Origin: Naegleria gruberi
Taxonomy: Eukaryota
Reading direction: 5' to 3' (one strand)
Length of the DNA: 64,000 nucleotides
Assembly (NCBI GenBank): GCA_000004985.1
Contig: GG738916.1
The notes under the pieces were generated by a model. It was not told the DNA's origin, made no database searches, and saw only the letters and a program-made list of their open reading frames with translations. The translations under genes and the position numbers were made by a program. Position 1 is the first letter of the stretch; every line of letters begins with the position of its first letter. This document shows positions 19,209 through 30,407 of the stretch, one piece after another.

Positions 19209-21164
19209 CTATTTATTAGAATTCAATGAATGGTATTCAACTCTCTTACTAGCGAGAGGTTTATCAGTGCTATCAACATCATCATTTGTGAGAAACACTG
19301 GAACAATCTTGTCCATTAATGTATGTCTTTGAATGGAACAATAGACAGATAAGAGTTTCTCCTTATTCATATATTCAGAAATTGTTTCCACAGGTTCAAC
19401 ATCAGATGAAGTTTGACTATTCCTATAGATGGAGACCAATGTATCACAATACTTTTCAATTCTTTCCTTATCTACAATACAAGATTTGTGTAATAACCAT
19501 GAGCTAGCGCCAAATCTTGCTCCTAACATGTAACCACTAATGGCTGCAACAGTATCTGTATCATAACCATTCGAAATGATTGAATAGAGAAGTAATTCAG
19601 GGAATGGAATATTTGGCAATGCCAATTTCAAATGGTAAGCTTTGGAAGGATGAGCTGCCAAAATAATTCTAGGATTTTCTGGCATTACCGAAGCAACCAA
19701 ACAATGAATACCTCCCAAGAGACAGAATCCTTGATTGACATTTGCTTTCATGGCCTTCTTCTTGACACTCTTTGCTAGTTCAGAAATCTTTTCTCTGCAA
19801 TTCTTGAGCAATAATTCACTTTCTCTATTTTCCTTAATAAATTCAAATACTTGTTCCAAAATATTTGAAACATTGTGAATCGATTGATTCATTGGTTCAT
19901 AAATTTGGAATTGATTCTCAACCCGATCTCCCTTCTTCAATTCAGGGCAATAACTTCTCTGGAGCCACAATTTTTCATGTTTCTGAACAATGAGTGGAAG
20001 ATTATCCAAGATCCAATCAATGGTTTCTTGGCTATTACCATCTTGAATGAATTTGTAAGCAATTACATTGGATGCAAATGTCACTGATGAGCTTTCAATA
20101 GTTGAGTGAGTTGTCAAACATTGCGCATATGAGAAATTTGACAGAATGTCAATATACTTGTCATTAGTAGTAGAAGACTCGATAGAGGCATTCAATTTCT
20201 CCAATAATTCCAATTTTCTCTTTTCCTTTCTTGATAATATTTCTGAACTTTGCTTAACTTCGAATAAATTATTAGATTCCCTTCTTTCAATTCCAAGAAC
20301 TTTTTGTAAAGCAAAACATGTTGGAGCAACACAACATCTCATCATTCCACCAATTCCAGTAGTTTTAGACCCACTTTCATAGCAAGATTTGTTCTGGTTG
20401 ACTATTTTCTTCAATGCCCTCGAAGTATTGGATCCAAATTGTCTGAAAGCTTGAGAATTCTTTGCAACTAATTCGTCACCAAGTTTACAATCACCTTTCG
20501 TAAATCCTTCATAGAGCCATTTTCTCCAATAACTTAGAAATTCGGTAATATTCTCATGATCTTTCGAATATTTTACAAATTCAAGGATGGAATTGATCAG
20601 TGCGAAACCTTGTTGAGTATCGTCTGAGTGAATACCAACTGGACGAATGTGTCTCAGAAATAGCTCAGTACCACTTTCCTTTCTTTTCACACCGACAACC
20701 TTTTTGGCATTTTGCAGATGGGAGAAATCTTTAGAATCCATCAATTCCTTGCTTGGGAATCCTTTCTTTACGATTAGTCCAAAATCGAATAGTAAAAATT
20801 CCTTATCACCATAAAACTTTCGTATTTCACCTGATTTCCATCCTTCAATAGGACACCCAGCTACATCACCATAAACTTGACCCCAAATCGAACCAACCAA
20901 TCGATCAAGAATTTCATCCTTTTCGTCTCCATTCGAATATCTTTCGGAAGATGAATTTCCCTGCGTAGGACCATTCGTTTTCAACACTTGATCAACATAA
21001 TTCTGTATCACATCAGCATTGTAGAGAATTCTATTTTCAAATGATGAACTTTCGTCCTCCTCTTCACATTCTTGATTTTCTTCTAGATTATTTTCTTCTT
21101 GATTTTCCTGATCATCGTTGAATTTAATTTCTTCTCTGTCTTTCAGTTCTTGTTGTGAAATCAT
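19209..21164 (-). CDS. ADP-ribosylglycohydrolase (ARH/DraG) family protein with an acidic N-terminal extension, 651 aa
   Basis: Near the N-terminal part of the domain: GSIWGQVYGDVAGCPIEGW. Near the C-terminus: GYDTDTVAAISGYMLGARFG, the ARH metal-binding D-x-D-T motif. It is a single ORF. Confidence 0.6.
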   Translation of the reverse strand: MISQQELKDREEIKFNDDQENQEENNLEENQECEEEDESSSFENRILYNADVIQNYVDQVLKTNGPTQGNSSSERYSNGDEKDEILDRLVGSIWGQVYGDVAGCPIEGWKSGEIRKFYGDKEFLLFDFGLIVKKGFPSKELMDSKDFSHLQNAKKVVGVKRKESGTELFLRHIRPVGIHSDDTQQGFALINSILEFVKYSKDHENITEFLSYWRKWLYEGFTKGDCKLGDELVAKNSQAFRQFGSNTSRALKKIVNQNKSCYESGSKTTGIGGMMRCCVAPTCFALQKVLGIERRESNNLFEVKQSSEILSRKEKRKLELLEKLNASIESSTTNDKYIDILSNFSYAQCLTTHSTIESSSVTFASNVIAYKFIQDGNSQETIDWILDNLPLIVQKHEKLWLQRSYCPELKKGDRVENQFQIYEPMNQSIHNVSNILEQVFEFIKENRESELLLKNCREKISELAKSVKKKAMKANVNQGFCLLGGIHCLVASVMPENPRIILAAHPSKAYHLKLALPNIPFPELLLYSIISNGYDTDTVAAISGYMLGARFGASSWLLHKSCIVDKERIEKYCDTLVSIYRNSQTSSDVEPVETISEYMNKEKLLSVYCSIQRHTLMDKIVPVFLTNDDVDSTDKPLASKRVEYHSLNSNK

Positions 21165-22205
21165 TTTTTTTAATTGGTTAAAATTTGAAATTGAATCACA
21201 ACTTTCAATTTTGTTTGCTTCAATTTCAATTTCAGAATTGTAACGGTTTCAAAGTGGTGTCTCAACCTTCAAATTGAAGGTTTTATTGCTTTGTTAATTT
21301 CTTCCACATATTCCATAATGATTTTCCGTATCCTCAACATACACATTTGAACAGAAATTTTGATGACTAAGGAGCATATTAACTTTATAATTTTTACACA
21401 CAATGAATTTAAAAGTACACAACCACAGAGTTTAGCAAAGGGTTGCTTTGATTTCAATACCCAAAAACAGGGCAACACTAATAGACTTAAATGCTCGATT
21501 ACTCGACCACAGTTTCTTGCATTGTTAAGAAAAAATGTATCAAAACAATAAGGTATCAATCTTACTTGTAGTTGTTCTATTGGCAGTTCTTGGTTTATCG
21601 TTTGAAGTTCTGCTTTCAAAGAAAAGGTAACATGTGCTCCAGGTCAAAGCCCTTTCGATTACATGTGGAAGGAATTCCATTTCCATTGCAACCATCTCCA
21701 GATGGAGTCACCTATTTCTGTACTACTACGTAATAATCATGCTTTCGAGAATACATTTGAATTGACCCCTGTTTCATCAAATATTCCTTTGGCTCCGTTC
21801 ACAATTTACATGTCTTTAAGCCGTCTATTACGTTCACGTTTAATGTCGACCACTATCAACCAGTTTATTTTTCAATTCCACTTTCATATCCATTCAAATT
21901 GTTTTATAAAAAGTCGAGTTTTTTCTAAAGATTGTTGTAACAAAACAATAATTGGTTGTTAACATGGGGCAAAACGTGAGCTTTTCTCCACAACTAAATT
22001 TATGATAGACCATTGACAATTATAATACTGTCTTATTACACTACGTAAATGTAGTGTTACACATCTTCAGTCTTCCTTTTGATATTTCTCAAGTGACCAC
22101 ATATGACCTTTAAAAAGTTTTTTACTCTGCACTTTCAAACAGATCAATCAAAAAAAAATTAACAACCTCTACTAGTTGAATATTTCACACAAAGTAAATA
22201 GAAAA

Positions 22206-23363
22206 ATGGGTCTCTCTGCATCTAACTCTCTTGCTGCCTCTCATAACAAGTTTTCCTCTCAATTGTATCAAACAATTACTCAAAAGAAGCAAAAGGAAAA
22301 TGTTGTCTTTTCACCAGTTTCCATTTATTTGGCCATGTTGATGGCAACTTCCGGTGCAAATGGTGAAAGTTTGACAGAACTCGTCAATGGACTTGGTATT
22401 GATAAAGCTCCATCTACCATTGAAGAATGGAGACAAATAGTTGAGCCATTTGCTACCACTTTCTATTCTAATCTCAACACTTCCATTTTGAATGTAGCCA
22501 ACAATGCCTTTGTTGAACAGAATGCTACTTTGGATGGTAAATACAAGGATCATGTCAAGAAGGCATTCCAAGCACAAGTTACTCAATGTGATTTTGCTGG
22601 AAATGCTGAAGGAGAAACCAAAAAAATCAATGAATGGGTTTCTTCCAAGACAAATCAAATGATCAAGGATTTAATTGAACCAGGTCTTTTGACCTCTCTC
22701 ACTAGATTGGTTTTGGTCAATGCAATTCACTTTTTAGGAGCTTGGAAGAAAGCTTTTGATAAGGAAAATTCATATAATGGAACTTTTTATGGAGCTGAAG
22801 GAGAAAATACTTGTAGAATGATGAGTAAGAGTGATTCAAAGGAACAATATGGTAGTGAAGGTGGATATCATTGGGTCACTTTACCATTCTCTGATGTTAA
22901 ATACAAGATGACAATTGTTGCAGTTAAGGATCAAAGTTTCCAACAAACACTTGATGGATGGGTTGCTCAAAAATTGAATCAAGGAATTGACACTGCATTC
23001 CCAACAAATGAAGCCAAGCTTAGCTCTTTTAGATTCCCAGCTTTTGAACTTGAACAAGGATTAGAGTTGAGCGAAATCTTGCAATCTGCTCCATTCAACA
23101 TCAAGAAACCATTCACAAACGAAGCTGACTTTTCTAATCTCCTCACTAAGGAAGATATCTTTATTGATAAGGTTATTCACAAAGCTGCTATTAAGGTTGA
23201 TGAAGCAGGTGCTGAAGCTAGTGCTGCCACTGCAATTGTAATGAGAACTTTGAGCTATGATCCTAATCAAATTTCATTCATTGCCGAATCACCATTTACC
23301 TTCGTATTGAGTGACGATTCAAGCAAGACAGTTCTCTTTGTTGGTAAGGTGAACAAGTTGTAA
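22206..23363 (+). CDS. Serpin (serine protease inhibitor)
   Basis: NVVFSPVSIYLAMLMATSGANGES. NAIHFLGAWKKAF. The hinge/RCL DEAGAEASAATAIVMRTLS. The C-terminal FIAESPFTFVLSD...TVLFVGKVNKL. The first ATG is taken at 22206; the supplied ORF starts at an upstream TTG. Confidence 0.85.
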   Translation: MGLSASNSLAASHNKFSSQLYQTITQKKQKENVVFSPVSIYLAMLMATSGANGESLTELVNGLGIDKAPSTIEEWRQIVEPFATTFYSNLNTSILNVANNAFVEQNATLDGKYKDHVKKAFQAQVTQCDFAGNAEGETKKINEWVSSKTNQMIKDLIEPGLLTSLTRLVLVNAIHFLGAWKKAFDKENSYNGTFYGAEGENTCRMMSKSDSKEQYGSEGGYHWVTLPFSDVKYKMTIVAVKDQSFQQTLDGWVAQKLNQGIDTAFPTNEAKLSSFRFPAFELEQGLELSEILQSAPFNIKKPFTNEADFSNLLTKEDIFIDKVIHKAAIKVDEAGAEASAATAIVMRTLSYDPNQISFIAESPFTFVLSDDSSKTVLFVGKVNKL

Positions 23364-23735
23364 TTTAAATAAATCACTTTTTGTACAATATATTATCCAA
23401 CCTTTTCTACCTAGAACAATTAGATGCTTAAATATTTTAATAATTGTAATAATTAGGAATTCAATCTTCTATGAAATTCAATCTTCTTTTCCTCGGTCTT
23501 ACTTCTAATGAGGATGAACGCGCTCCTTATCTTGGTTCCATGTGCCTCTATTTGGCTCTCTGCAGAGTTGCTAACTGTATTAATCTAACTGCTGCTTTGT
23601 GTTTTTCTTTTTTTTTAATTAAGGAAAAAAGTTCATATTAGAGAAAAATTTGGCAACAAGCACATCTCGCACAATAATTCAAAAAGAGTGAGGGCTTGTT
23701 TTAAATAATACCTTAATATTAAAGTATAAGGAAGA

Positions 23736-26051
23736 ATGAAATTAAGCAAGTATGGCTTTGTGAAAGTCATCATGATGAAGATATTATTATTAATTATAGT
23801 AATGATGAATAATTTCGTAGAGAGTCATGATGACCATAACCATTATCATCATCAGGAGGATCAAGTTGCAGGACACAAATGTATTCATAATGAATTAATG
23901 GCTGCCGAGAAGACTAACACTCACCCGAGGGGTATCTTCTCAACAATGGAATCAAGTTTTAAACTCCAAGCACAACATAATTTGAAAAGATCAATCCTAC
24001 AATCAACAGCCACAACAGCAACAGAAACTTGGTCCAATATTAGAGTACTATTCAGAACTGATTATTTAGGACCTGACAGTGATACAGAGAGTAGAAGTTG
24101 CAAAGCTGTTGGTGATTACTATTGGACAGGTGCCAATACTCCAACTAGTACCAAAACACAGTGTTTGACAGATAGTAGTTCAAATTGTTGGAGAGTTTGC
24201 AAAGATACTGATGTGATAGATAGCTCATTCCTTTCAGAAATTGTCTCAAGCATGTTGCCAACCATTAAAGAAGATTATTCTCGAATGCTTCAAGTACCTA
24301 CTGTTAAGGATGGTGATTATCCAAAGATCTTTAATGCCAATAGCAGATGTGGATCTCAAGGAGGTGTAGCAGTTCCAAGCGATATTATTGCAAATGGTTT
24401 GGATGGAAAGAATGCTGATGCCATCTTTTTTGTAACTTCACGGCCAACAGAAACTGGCGTTCTTGGATGGGCAATTCCTTGCATTCTTGATTCAATCACA
24501 AAGAGACCACTTGTGGCCCAGCTCAATATTTCACCTAAACTTGGTAATTACACCAAAGAAAAGTTGTCAGTTGTTAGACATGAAGCTTTGCATGCACTTG
24601 GTTTCTCTAACTCTTTCTTGTCAAGTTTTTACGATAGAGCTAACAAAAAGACACTCGACGCGTCTGCTGTCTATTCTGTTGTTAATAAGTCCTTTGTTGA
24701 TAGCACAGGAACAACTCAATCAGTCTCAGTTACCAAACTCAAAACTCCAAAGATTTTAGAAGTAGCAAGAAAGTATTACAATTGCCCAACATTAGATGGT
24801 GTTCCTATGGAAGAATATGGTGGATCTGGAAGTGCAGTATCTCACTGGGAAAAGAGTATCATGAAGAATGAACTAATGGTTGCAAGTGTTAGTGGTGAGC
24901 TAGTTTTGAGTAGTTTTACAATTGCTTACTTTGAAGACTCTGGATGGTATAGAGGAAACTTTAGTCATGCTCAACGATTAACTTGGGGTAAGGATATGGG
25001 ATGTGCAATGGCCAATTATAGATGTGAAAATTGGCCAACCAAGAATGTTGGATACTTTTGTAGTTCAGAAAGTCCTTCTAAGTCCTATTTCCAAACAACT
25101 TCAACGAGTTCTTGCACCCATGATTTGAAGAGCAAGTCTTACTGTAATAGTGCAAAGTATTACAATGATTTGGGATACTATGAACATTTCCCAAGTTCTC
25201 CAAAACAGGGAGGCACTGACTCTTTCATGGATTATTGCCCATTCCAAATAGCATTCACAGATGGTAATTGTGTGAGTGGTTATCCAATCAAAACAAGTGG
25301 TGAAGAGTTTGGAAGCTCAAGTGCTTGCTTTGAAGCTTCTATTTCTCTCACTTCAAACTCAGATATCAAAACTGCTGATTCCAGATGCTTAAAGTATTCA
25401 TGTGGAAATGAAACTTTGAACATCTATGTAGGATCTAAAAAGTTTTCTTGTCCAAAAGATCAAACAGCTCAAACAAAATACGATTCCACATTCTTTGGAT
25501 ATGTAAAATGTCCTCTAAATGGTTATGATATTTTGTGTACAAATTCCAAAGCGACAGCATCAAACAATGCCATTAATGGAACCTATGTTAAGGATGGAGA
25601 AGTAGCAGCTGAACCAACTTGTGATGGAATTACTGCCTCATCACCACTAGTCTGCAATAGAAGAGGTAAATGCATTTCAAATAATAACTGTCAATGCTTT
25701 ACAGGAGCTTTTGGAGACCAGTGTCTTTCCTATACATGTGACTCAATATCATCATCCAATTCGAGTGTTTGCAGTGGACAAGGTACATGTGATGGATTGG
25801 ATAATTGTAATTGTTATGCTGGTCATTATGGAGATTATTGTGAGAATTTCCTTTGTTTTGGATATCCAGCTTCACATTCTTCTGTTTGTTCCTCAAATGG
25901 TCAATGTGTTGGATACAATAATTGTAAATGTAATACTGACACTATTAATGCTGATTGTTCCATTTCAAAAGTCAACGCTTCCACATTATCTCAGAGTTTT
26001 GGAATTATTTCTCTCATTGTGACACTAATTTCATTGATAACCTTAATTTAA
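23736..26051 (+). CDS. Leishmanolysin-like (GP63, peptidase M8) metalloprotease with C-terminal EGF-like Cys-rich repeats and a hydrophobic C-terminus, 771 aa
   Basis: An N-terminal signal-like segment. VVRHEALHALGFS, the HExxHxxGF zinc motif. Four or more repeats of CxxxGxCxxxxxCxCxxGxxGxxC. It ends in the hydrophobic tail SLIVTLISLITLI, which could be a GPI signal or a transmembrane segment. Confidence 0.8.
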   Translation: MKLSKYGFVKVIMMKILLLIIVMMNNFVESHDDHNHYHHQEDQVAGHKCIHNELMAAEKTNTHPRGIFSTMESSFKLQAQHNLKRSILQSTATTATETWSNIRVLFRTDYLGPDSDTESRSCKAVGDYYWTGANTPTSTKTQCLTDSSSNCWRVCKDTDVIDSSFLSEIVSSMLPTIKEDYSRMLQVPTVKDGDYPKIFNANSRCGSQGGVAVPSDIIANGLDGKNADAIFFVTSRPTETGVLGWAIPCILDSITKRPLVAQLNISPKLGNYTKEKLSVVRHEALHALGFSNSFLSSFYDRANKKTLDASAVYSVVNKSFVDSTGTTQSVSVTKLKTPKILEVARKYYNCPTLDGVPMEEYGGSGSAVSHWEKSIMKNELMVASVSGELVLSSFTIAYFEDSGWYRGNFSHAQRLTWGKDMGCAMANYRCENWPTKNVGYFCSSESPSKSYFQTTSTSSCTHDLKSKSYCNSAKYYNDLGYYEHFPSSPKQGGTDSFMDYCPFQIAFTDGNCVSGYPIKTSGEEFGSSSACFEASISLTSNSDIKTADSRCLKYSCGNETLNIYVGSKKFSCPKDQTAQTKYDSTFFGYVKCPLNGYDILCTNSKATASNNAINGTYVKDGEVAAEPTCDGITASSPLVCNRRGKCISNNNCQCFTGAFGDQCLSYTCDSISSSNSSVCSGQGTCDGLDNCNCYAGHYGDYCENFLCFGYPASHSSVCSSNGQCVGYNNCKCNTDTINADCSISKVNASTLSQSFGIISLIVTLISLITLI

Positions 26052-26114
26052 ATTGACTATTATGAACTTACATTTCAAATTTATAATTTATTAAATACAT
26101 TAGTGATGGTTCAT

Positions 26115-28316
26115 TTACTTGTGTGAAATCAGAGAACGAATTCCATTCTTCCAATATTTTAATTCTTGTTCAGAACCTGCTTGTAATTCGTAGACTCTTC
26201 CATTAGATGTAGAGACATTGAATGCAAGTGGAGTTGAACCTGGAAGAATATCCAAAACGTCATCAACACATATAGATCCTTTGGATTTTCCCTATTGAAA
26301 TTGTGTTAAACTACTTTAAATAATTATGAAATACTTACTCCTTCCTTTTCATAATAGCACAAATAATTTCCTTCCAAATTGAACCAACGTTTTCGCCAGA
26401 GTTTGACCAAACCCTTTTCACCCTTCTTTTGTAAATAACCGTGTAATTCTTTAACTGCTGATGACTTGTTTGTTTGCTTGACAGGTTGTGAGACAGGTTT
26501 TGGTTTTTCCTCGTCATCACTCAAGTCAACATTGACAACTGCAGTTGGAGTGGTCTTTTGTGGTTCATTATAGACATCAGATGATGATGAACTAGCTGGC
26601 TTCTTTTCAGGTTCAGAACTAGTTGAGGCTGGAGTAATAATTGTGGCTGTTGGCTTAATGGAAGCATATTCATCCTCATCTTCAGAATCACTGTCTTCAT
26701 CTCCCTTACTATCCTCTGATTCAGAGTCGTACTCTTCTTCAATAATTTGTTTGGTACTTTCCTTCTTGACAGTGGTTGCACTAACATTTGGATTGGTTTC
26801 TCCTCTTTCGAATTTTTCCAAAGTGAGGTCTGCATTTGGATTCTTATCGGATGAGTGTGGTTTCAATATGACAGCGGTATGAGTTTCACCACAACAAATC
26901 ATATAGCAATCACGTGGAGTAGAGAATGGGAATTTCTTTGGATGTAAAAGAGATGCTTCATCAATACTCAAAGATTCATCATTCAAATTTGGAATACCCA
27001 ATTTGTTATCCTCATTATTACCCCAAATGTAGAAATCTTCACGATTCTTACTGTCATCATCTGAATTCAATACAATAGCACCTGTATGAGTAGCGAAAGA
27101 ACTCTTGGCAACTGATTTAACTCTCTTTCCTTCCAATGATTGAACAATACATAAGAGAGTTCTTGGAGCTTCACCTTGACCACCTCCTTCATAACCACCC
27201 TTACCACAACTGAATAAACGACCATCAGAAGTCAATGCAATTGTGTTATATTTGAGACATTCAACTTGAATAAAGTCAACTTCATCACTTTGTTTAAGAT
27301 TATCTTCAGTAACCAAATCACCAACTTGAACCAAATCAACTAAATGTGGATAAAAATCAGATTCCTGTTTTGTGTCCAAAATACGACCCAAAGGTCCTAA
27401 AAAGTTATTTCCCCATGTGAAAATTTCATTTTTTGCTGTTACGCAAGCCATGTGAGATTGACCACATGAAACATGAATAACTTCTTCTTTTTCTAAATTA
27501 TCAACACCAATATCATCGTCATCTTCATCCAAATCTTCATCATCATCGTCATCTTGAATCATTGGCATACTCTTCTTGAAATTACCTGTCACACCAATCA
27601 CACGTTTTGGTTCAAACACATCTTTTTCATCACCATGTCCCAACATTCCACAAAAATTCTTTCCCCACGTGTATAAATGTCGTTCTCTAGTAATACAGGC
27701 CATACATTCCTCACCTGCACATAAATAAATACCATTCGAAAAATTGTCAATTTTAATTGGACGTGGAACTTTAAATTCCTCATAGGCACTCACAACTTGT
27801 TCTCTATGTCCTAATTGTCCATACATTCCATTTCCCCAAGTATAGATATCTCCATTTCTACTTAAACAAGCACAAAAGTTTAGTCCACAAACAATTTGAA
27901 TAATTTCCTTTGAGGAAAGTTCTTTCCAGTGCATGAGTGTATTTCTATTATCATCAATATCTTCATGTTCATAATCTGTCATGTACCAACTCCTACTACC
28001 AAGTGTGTAAACTTCTCTTTTTTCTATTTGTCAAAAATCAAAATTGAAAAACAATAAACAGTAATCAATGATACGGATAATCAATTATCATTACATTGAA
28101 AAAATTAAAACACTTACCTGTCAAAATTGCTGTAAATCCCAATCCACAAGCAACTTGAATGACAGGTTCATCAAAAAAGTAAGGAACTGGAGTTGCTTCC
28201 TTGATGGTACCTTCTGTATCGTTTCTCGATACTTTACCCCAGATAAATAAACGACCAGCTTTGTCGTTTAGTGATGTTATTGCTTGAGTCATTTTTTTTA
28301 ATGATAAATCCATCAA
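26115..28316 (-). CDS. RCC1-repeat protein with a C-terminal PH domain, three exons: 28316..28118, 28023..26339, 26291..26115; about 686 aa
   Basis: Exon 1 ends ...ACGLGFTAILTG at GTAAGT. The 94-nt intron ends TAG. Exon 2 holds RCC1 blades (YTWGNGMYGQLGHRE, YTWGKNFCGMLGHGD, FTWGNNFLGPLG, YIWGNNEDNKLG) and the start of the PH domain (LHGYLQKKGEKGLVKLWRKRWFNLEGNYLCYYEKEG), then a GTAAGT donor. The 47-nt intron ends TAG. Exon 3 completes the PH domain (...ELQAGSEQELKYWKNGIRSLISHK). Confidence 0.75.
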
Positions 28317-28919
28317 TCACTAATCAAAAAAACAGGTCATCCATTGATTTTCACATTTTTAAATAAAGTATGACCATCAAATTGTAGTGGTTAATTACCT
28401 TCTAGTTGGTTCATGTTGTGATCAATTTAGTGCAAGATATTTACGAGATCAACCTATTCGAAACTTGCTTTTCATTAGTAAAATTTATTAGAAAATGTTG
28501 GAATGAATTTTTAAAAGAAGAAGCAGAAGAAAACCTTTCAACAATGAATGGACAATTAGAACTTTGAAAAGAGGAAGAATTAATTATTGCAATCAATTTT
28601 TTACTGTAAATTTTCACTCATCGCATTATTCACTTTTGATTTGAACAACAAAATGAAAAGATAACCATCATAGTAGGGTTCTACAATGCTATTATGAATT
28701 ATCATCATTAGAATATTATTTGTAATAAATTTTAAAGTTTGATGACTGAAAGCCTATCTAAAGATCGTTATCAACGATACTCTATTTGAAATGCTATTCT
28801 CGGATCATGATGGTAATAAAAGCTTAAGGAAAATCAAAGTAGATAAGCAATAAAACTTTTTGAATCAAATCAAAATCGATTCAAAGCGAAATATAGATAA
28901 TAGAAAAAAAGAAGTGTGA

Positions 28920-30407
28920 ATGAAAAGTAAATTATTATTCCGATGGTGCAATTATCATCTTGCACAGTCAAAGGCTTCTTTTTCTAATTTGATGATGATC
29001 AATATTAAGAACAGCAACAGTTTATCATTGATGAATAATGAGAGCCACCAACAAGAACACTACTCGTTTACAACAAAAGCCTTGTTGATGAACAACCAAC
29101 AAACGGAAACAAATACTAAAAAAATGTCATCAAATCAACAACAAGAAGGAGGATCATCTTCTTTGTCATCATCAATGACAACTAGACAAGAGAATTTGAG
29201 AAGAAAGTTTTGCAAGGATTATAGTTTGCCAATATCGATTTTGGCGAGTCCACACTTTGAATACCTGATCGAATTGTATGATGATTATTTGGGATGTAAT
29301 GGACAATGGAAGGAGATGAATGAGATTATTCAGAGAGATTTTAGATCATCGGAAGGATTGTTTTCCATGTTGGCCAATGATGTGGTCAATAACTTGTTGG
29401 GAACAATTGAAAAGTCTGAAGCCTATATAAAATATAATACCAGTGCTGTTCCTGAAGAGTTGTGGATTAATAGATATTTGGAATTCCATCCAAATGTTGA
29501 AGGATTAGATCAAAAGTCATTGGGTCAATATTTCCCTGTTTTGAATAATTGTCAAGAGGTTTATTCTGGTGAACATGATGGTTTCTATTTCGTTAGTGTT
29601 GATATGGCTAGTGCCAATTTTAACATTTTACGTTTCATTGATCCTAAAATTGTTCTTGGATGCAAAACTTATAAGGAACTTATTAGATTAGCCTTGAAGG
29701 AGAAATTGGAAACTGGTAATTATGAATCAAATCACAAATTGGATTCTAAAAAGTTATTAGAAGAATTGGAAACTAATCAAAGCCTTGTTTACAAGTATCT
29801 GATTGATGCCAAGTACTTGAGACAAGTTTTATTCGGTAAATTAAATCCAAAACGTCAACAAACAATCCAAAAGTTGGTAATGAGAAGTTTGATCAAAATC
29901 CTCGTAGAAAAGGCACAAGAAAGTGATGATCCAATTCTCAAACGATATCTCACTCCAGAACGATTCAGTTCTTGCACCTCAGATGAAATTGTGATCAAAA
30001 TAACAGACAAATTCGACAAGAAAAAGACTGATGAACAATTAAGCCAACAAACCCAACTCGAGCATACCAACTATGTTCTCCAAAAGATTAGAGAAATTAT
30101 TAATAGTGACATTTACTTGTCACAATTAACTTTCCGTGTTGAAGGTTTTGGTCTGAAGCAAATCAAGAGTACAAAATTGGGAGGTAAATCAGTTGGATTT
30201 GTTAAAGAATTTATTACTAATGAACAAGTAAATGGCAAGAGCCATAGTGAACACAGAGCTGTTTTGAATATTGAATTCAAGGCTGTTACTAATTACTTGT
30301 TCCCACAAATTTTCAAACACTATTTCAATAAGGAAATAATTACCCAAGATTTGAAATTTTTGCATGATGGGCAATTTATAGCAACAATGGACGAATCTAT
30401 ATTTTAG
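28920..30407 (+). CDS. Hypothetical protein, 495 aa, N/Q-rich at the N-terminus; no family recognised
   Basis: A long ORF with an ATG start, in a divergent arrangement with the upstream gene. The composition is coding-like. I do not recognise any motif with confidence. Confidence 0.45.
   Translation: MKSKLLFRWCNYHLAQSKASFSNLMMINIKNSNSLSLMNNESHQQEHYSFTTKALLMNNQQTETNTKKMSSNQQQEGGSSSLSSSMTTRQENLRRKFCKDYSLPISILASPHFEYLIELYDDYLGCNGQWKEMNEIIQRDFRSSEGLFSMLANDVVNNLLGTIEKSEAYIKYNTSAVPEELWINRYLEFHPNVEGLDQKSLGQYFPVLNNCQEVYSGEHDGFYFVSVDMASANFNILRFIDPKIVLGCKTYKELIRLALKEKLETGNYESNHKLDSKKLLEELETNQSLVYKYLIDAKYLRQVLFGKLNPKRQQTIQKLVMRSLIKILVEKAQESDDPILKRYLTPERFSSCTSDEIVIKITDKFDKKKTDEQLSQQTQLEHTNYVLQKIREIINSDIYLSQLTFRVEGFGLKQIKSTKLGGKSVGFVKEFITNEQVNGKSHSEHRAVLNIEFKAVTNYLFPQIFKHYFNKEIITQDLKFLHDGQFIATMDESIF

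Noticed and set aside
28920-30407. A possible nucleotidyltransferase-like motif (SGEHDGFYFVSVDMAS) in the 495-aa hypothetical protein
   Set aside because: The spacing and hydrophobic pattern do not convincingly fit the GS...DxD NTase signature. I left the protein unassigned.
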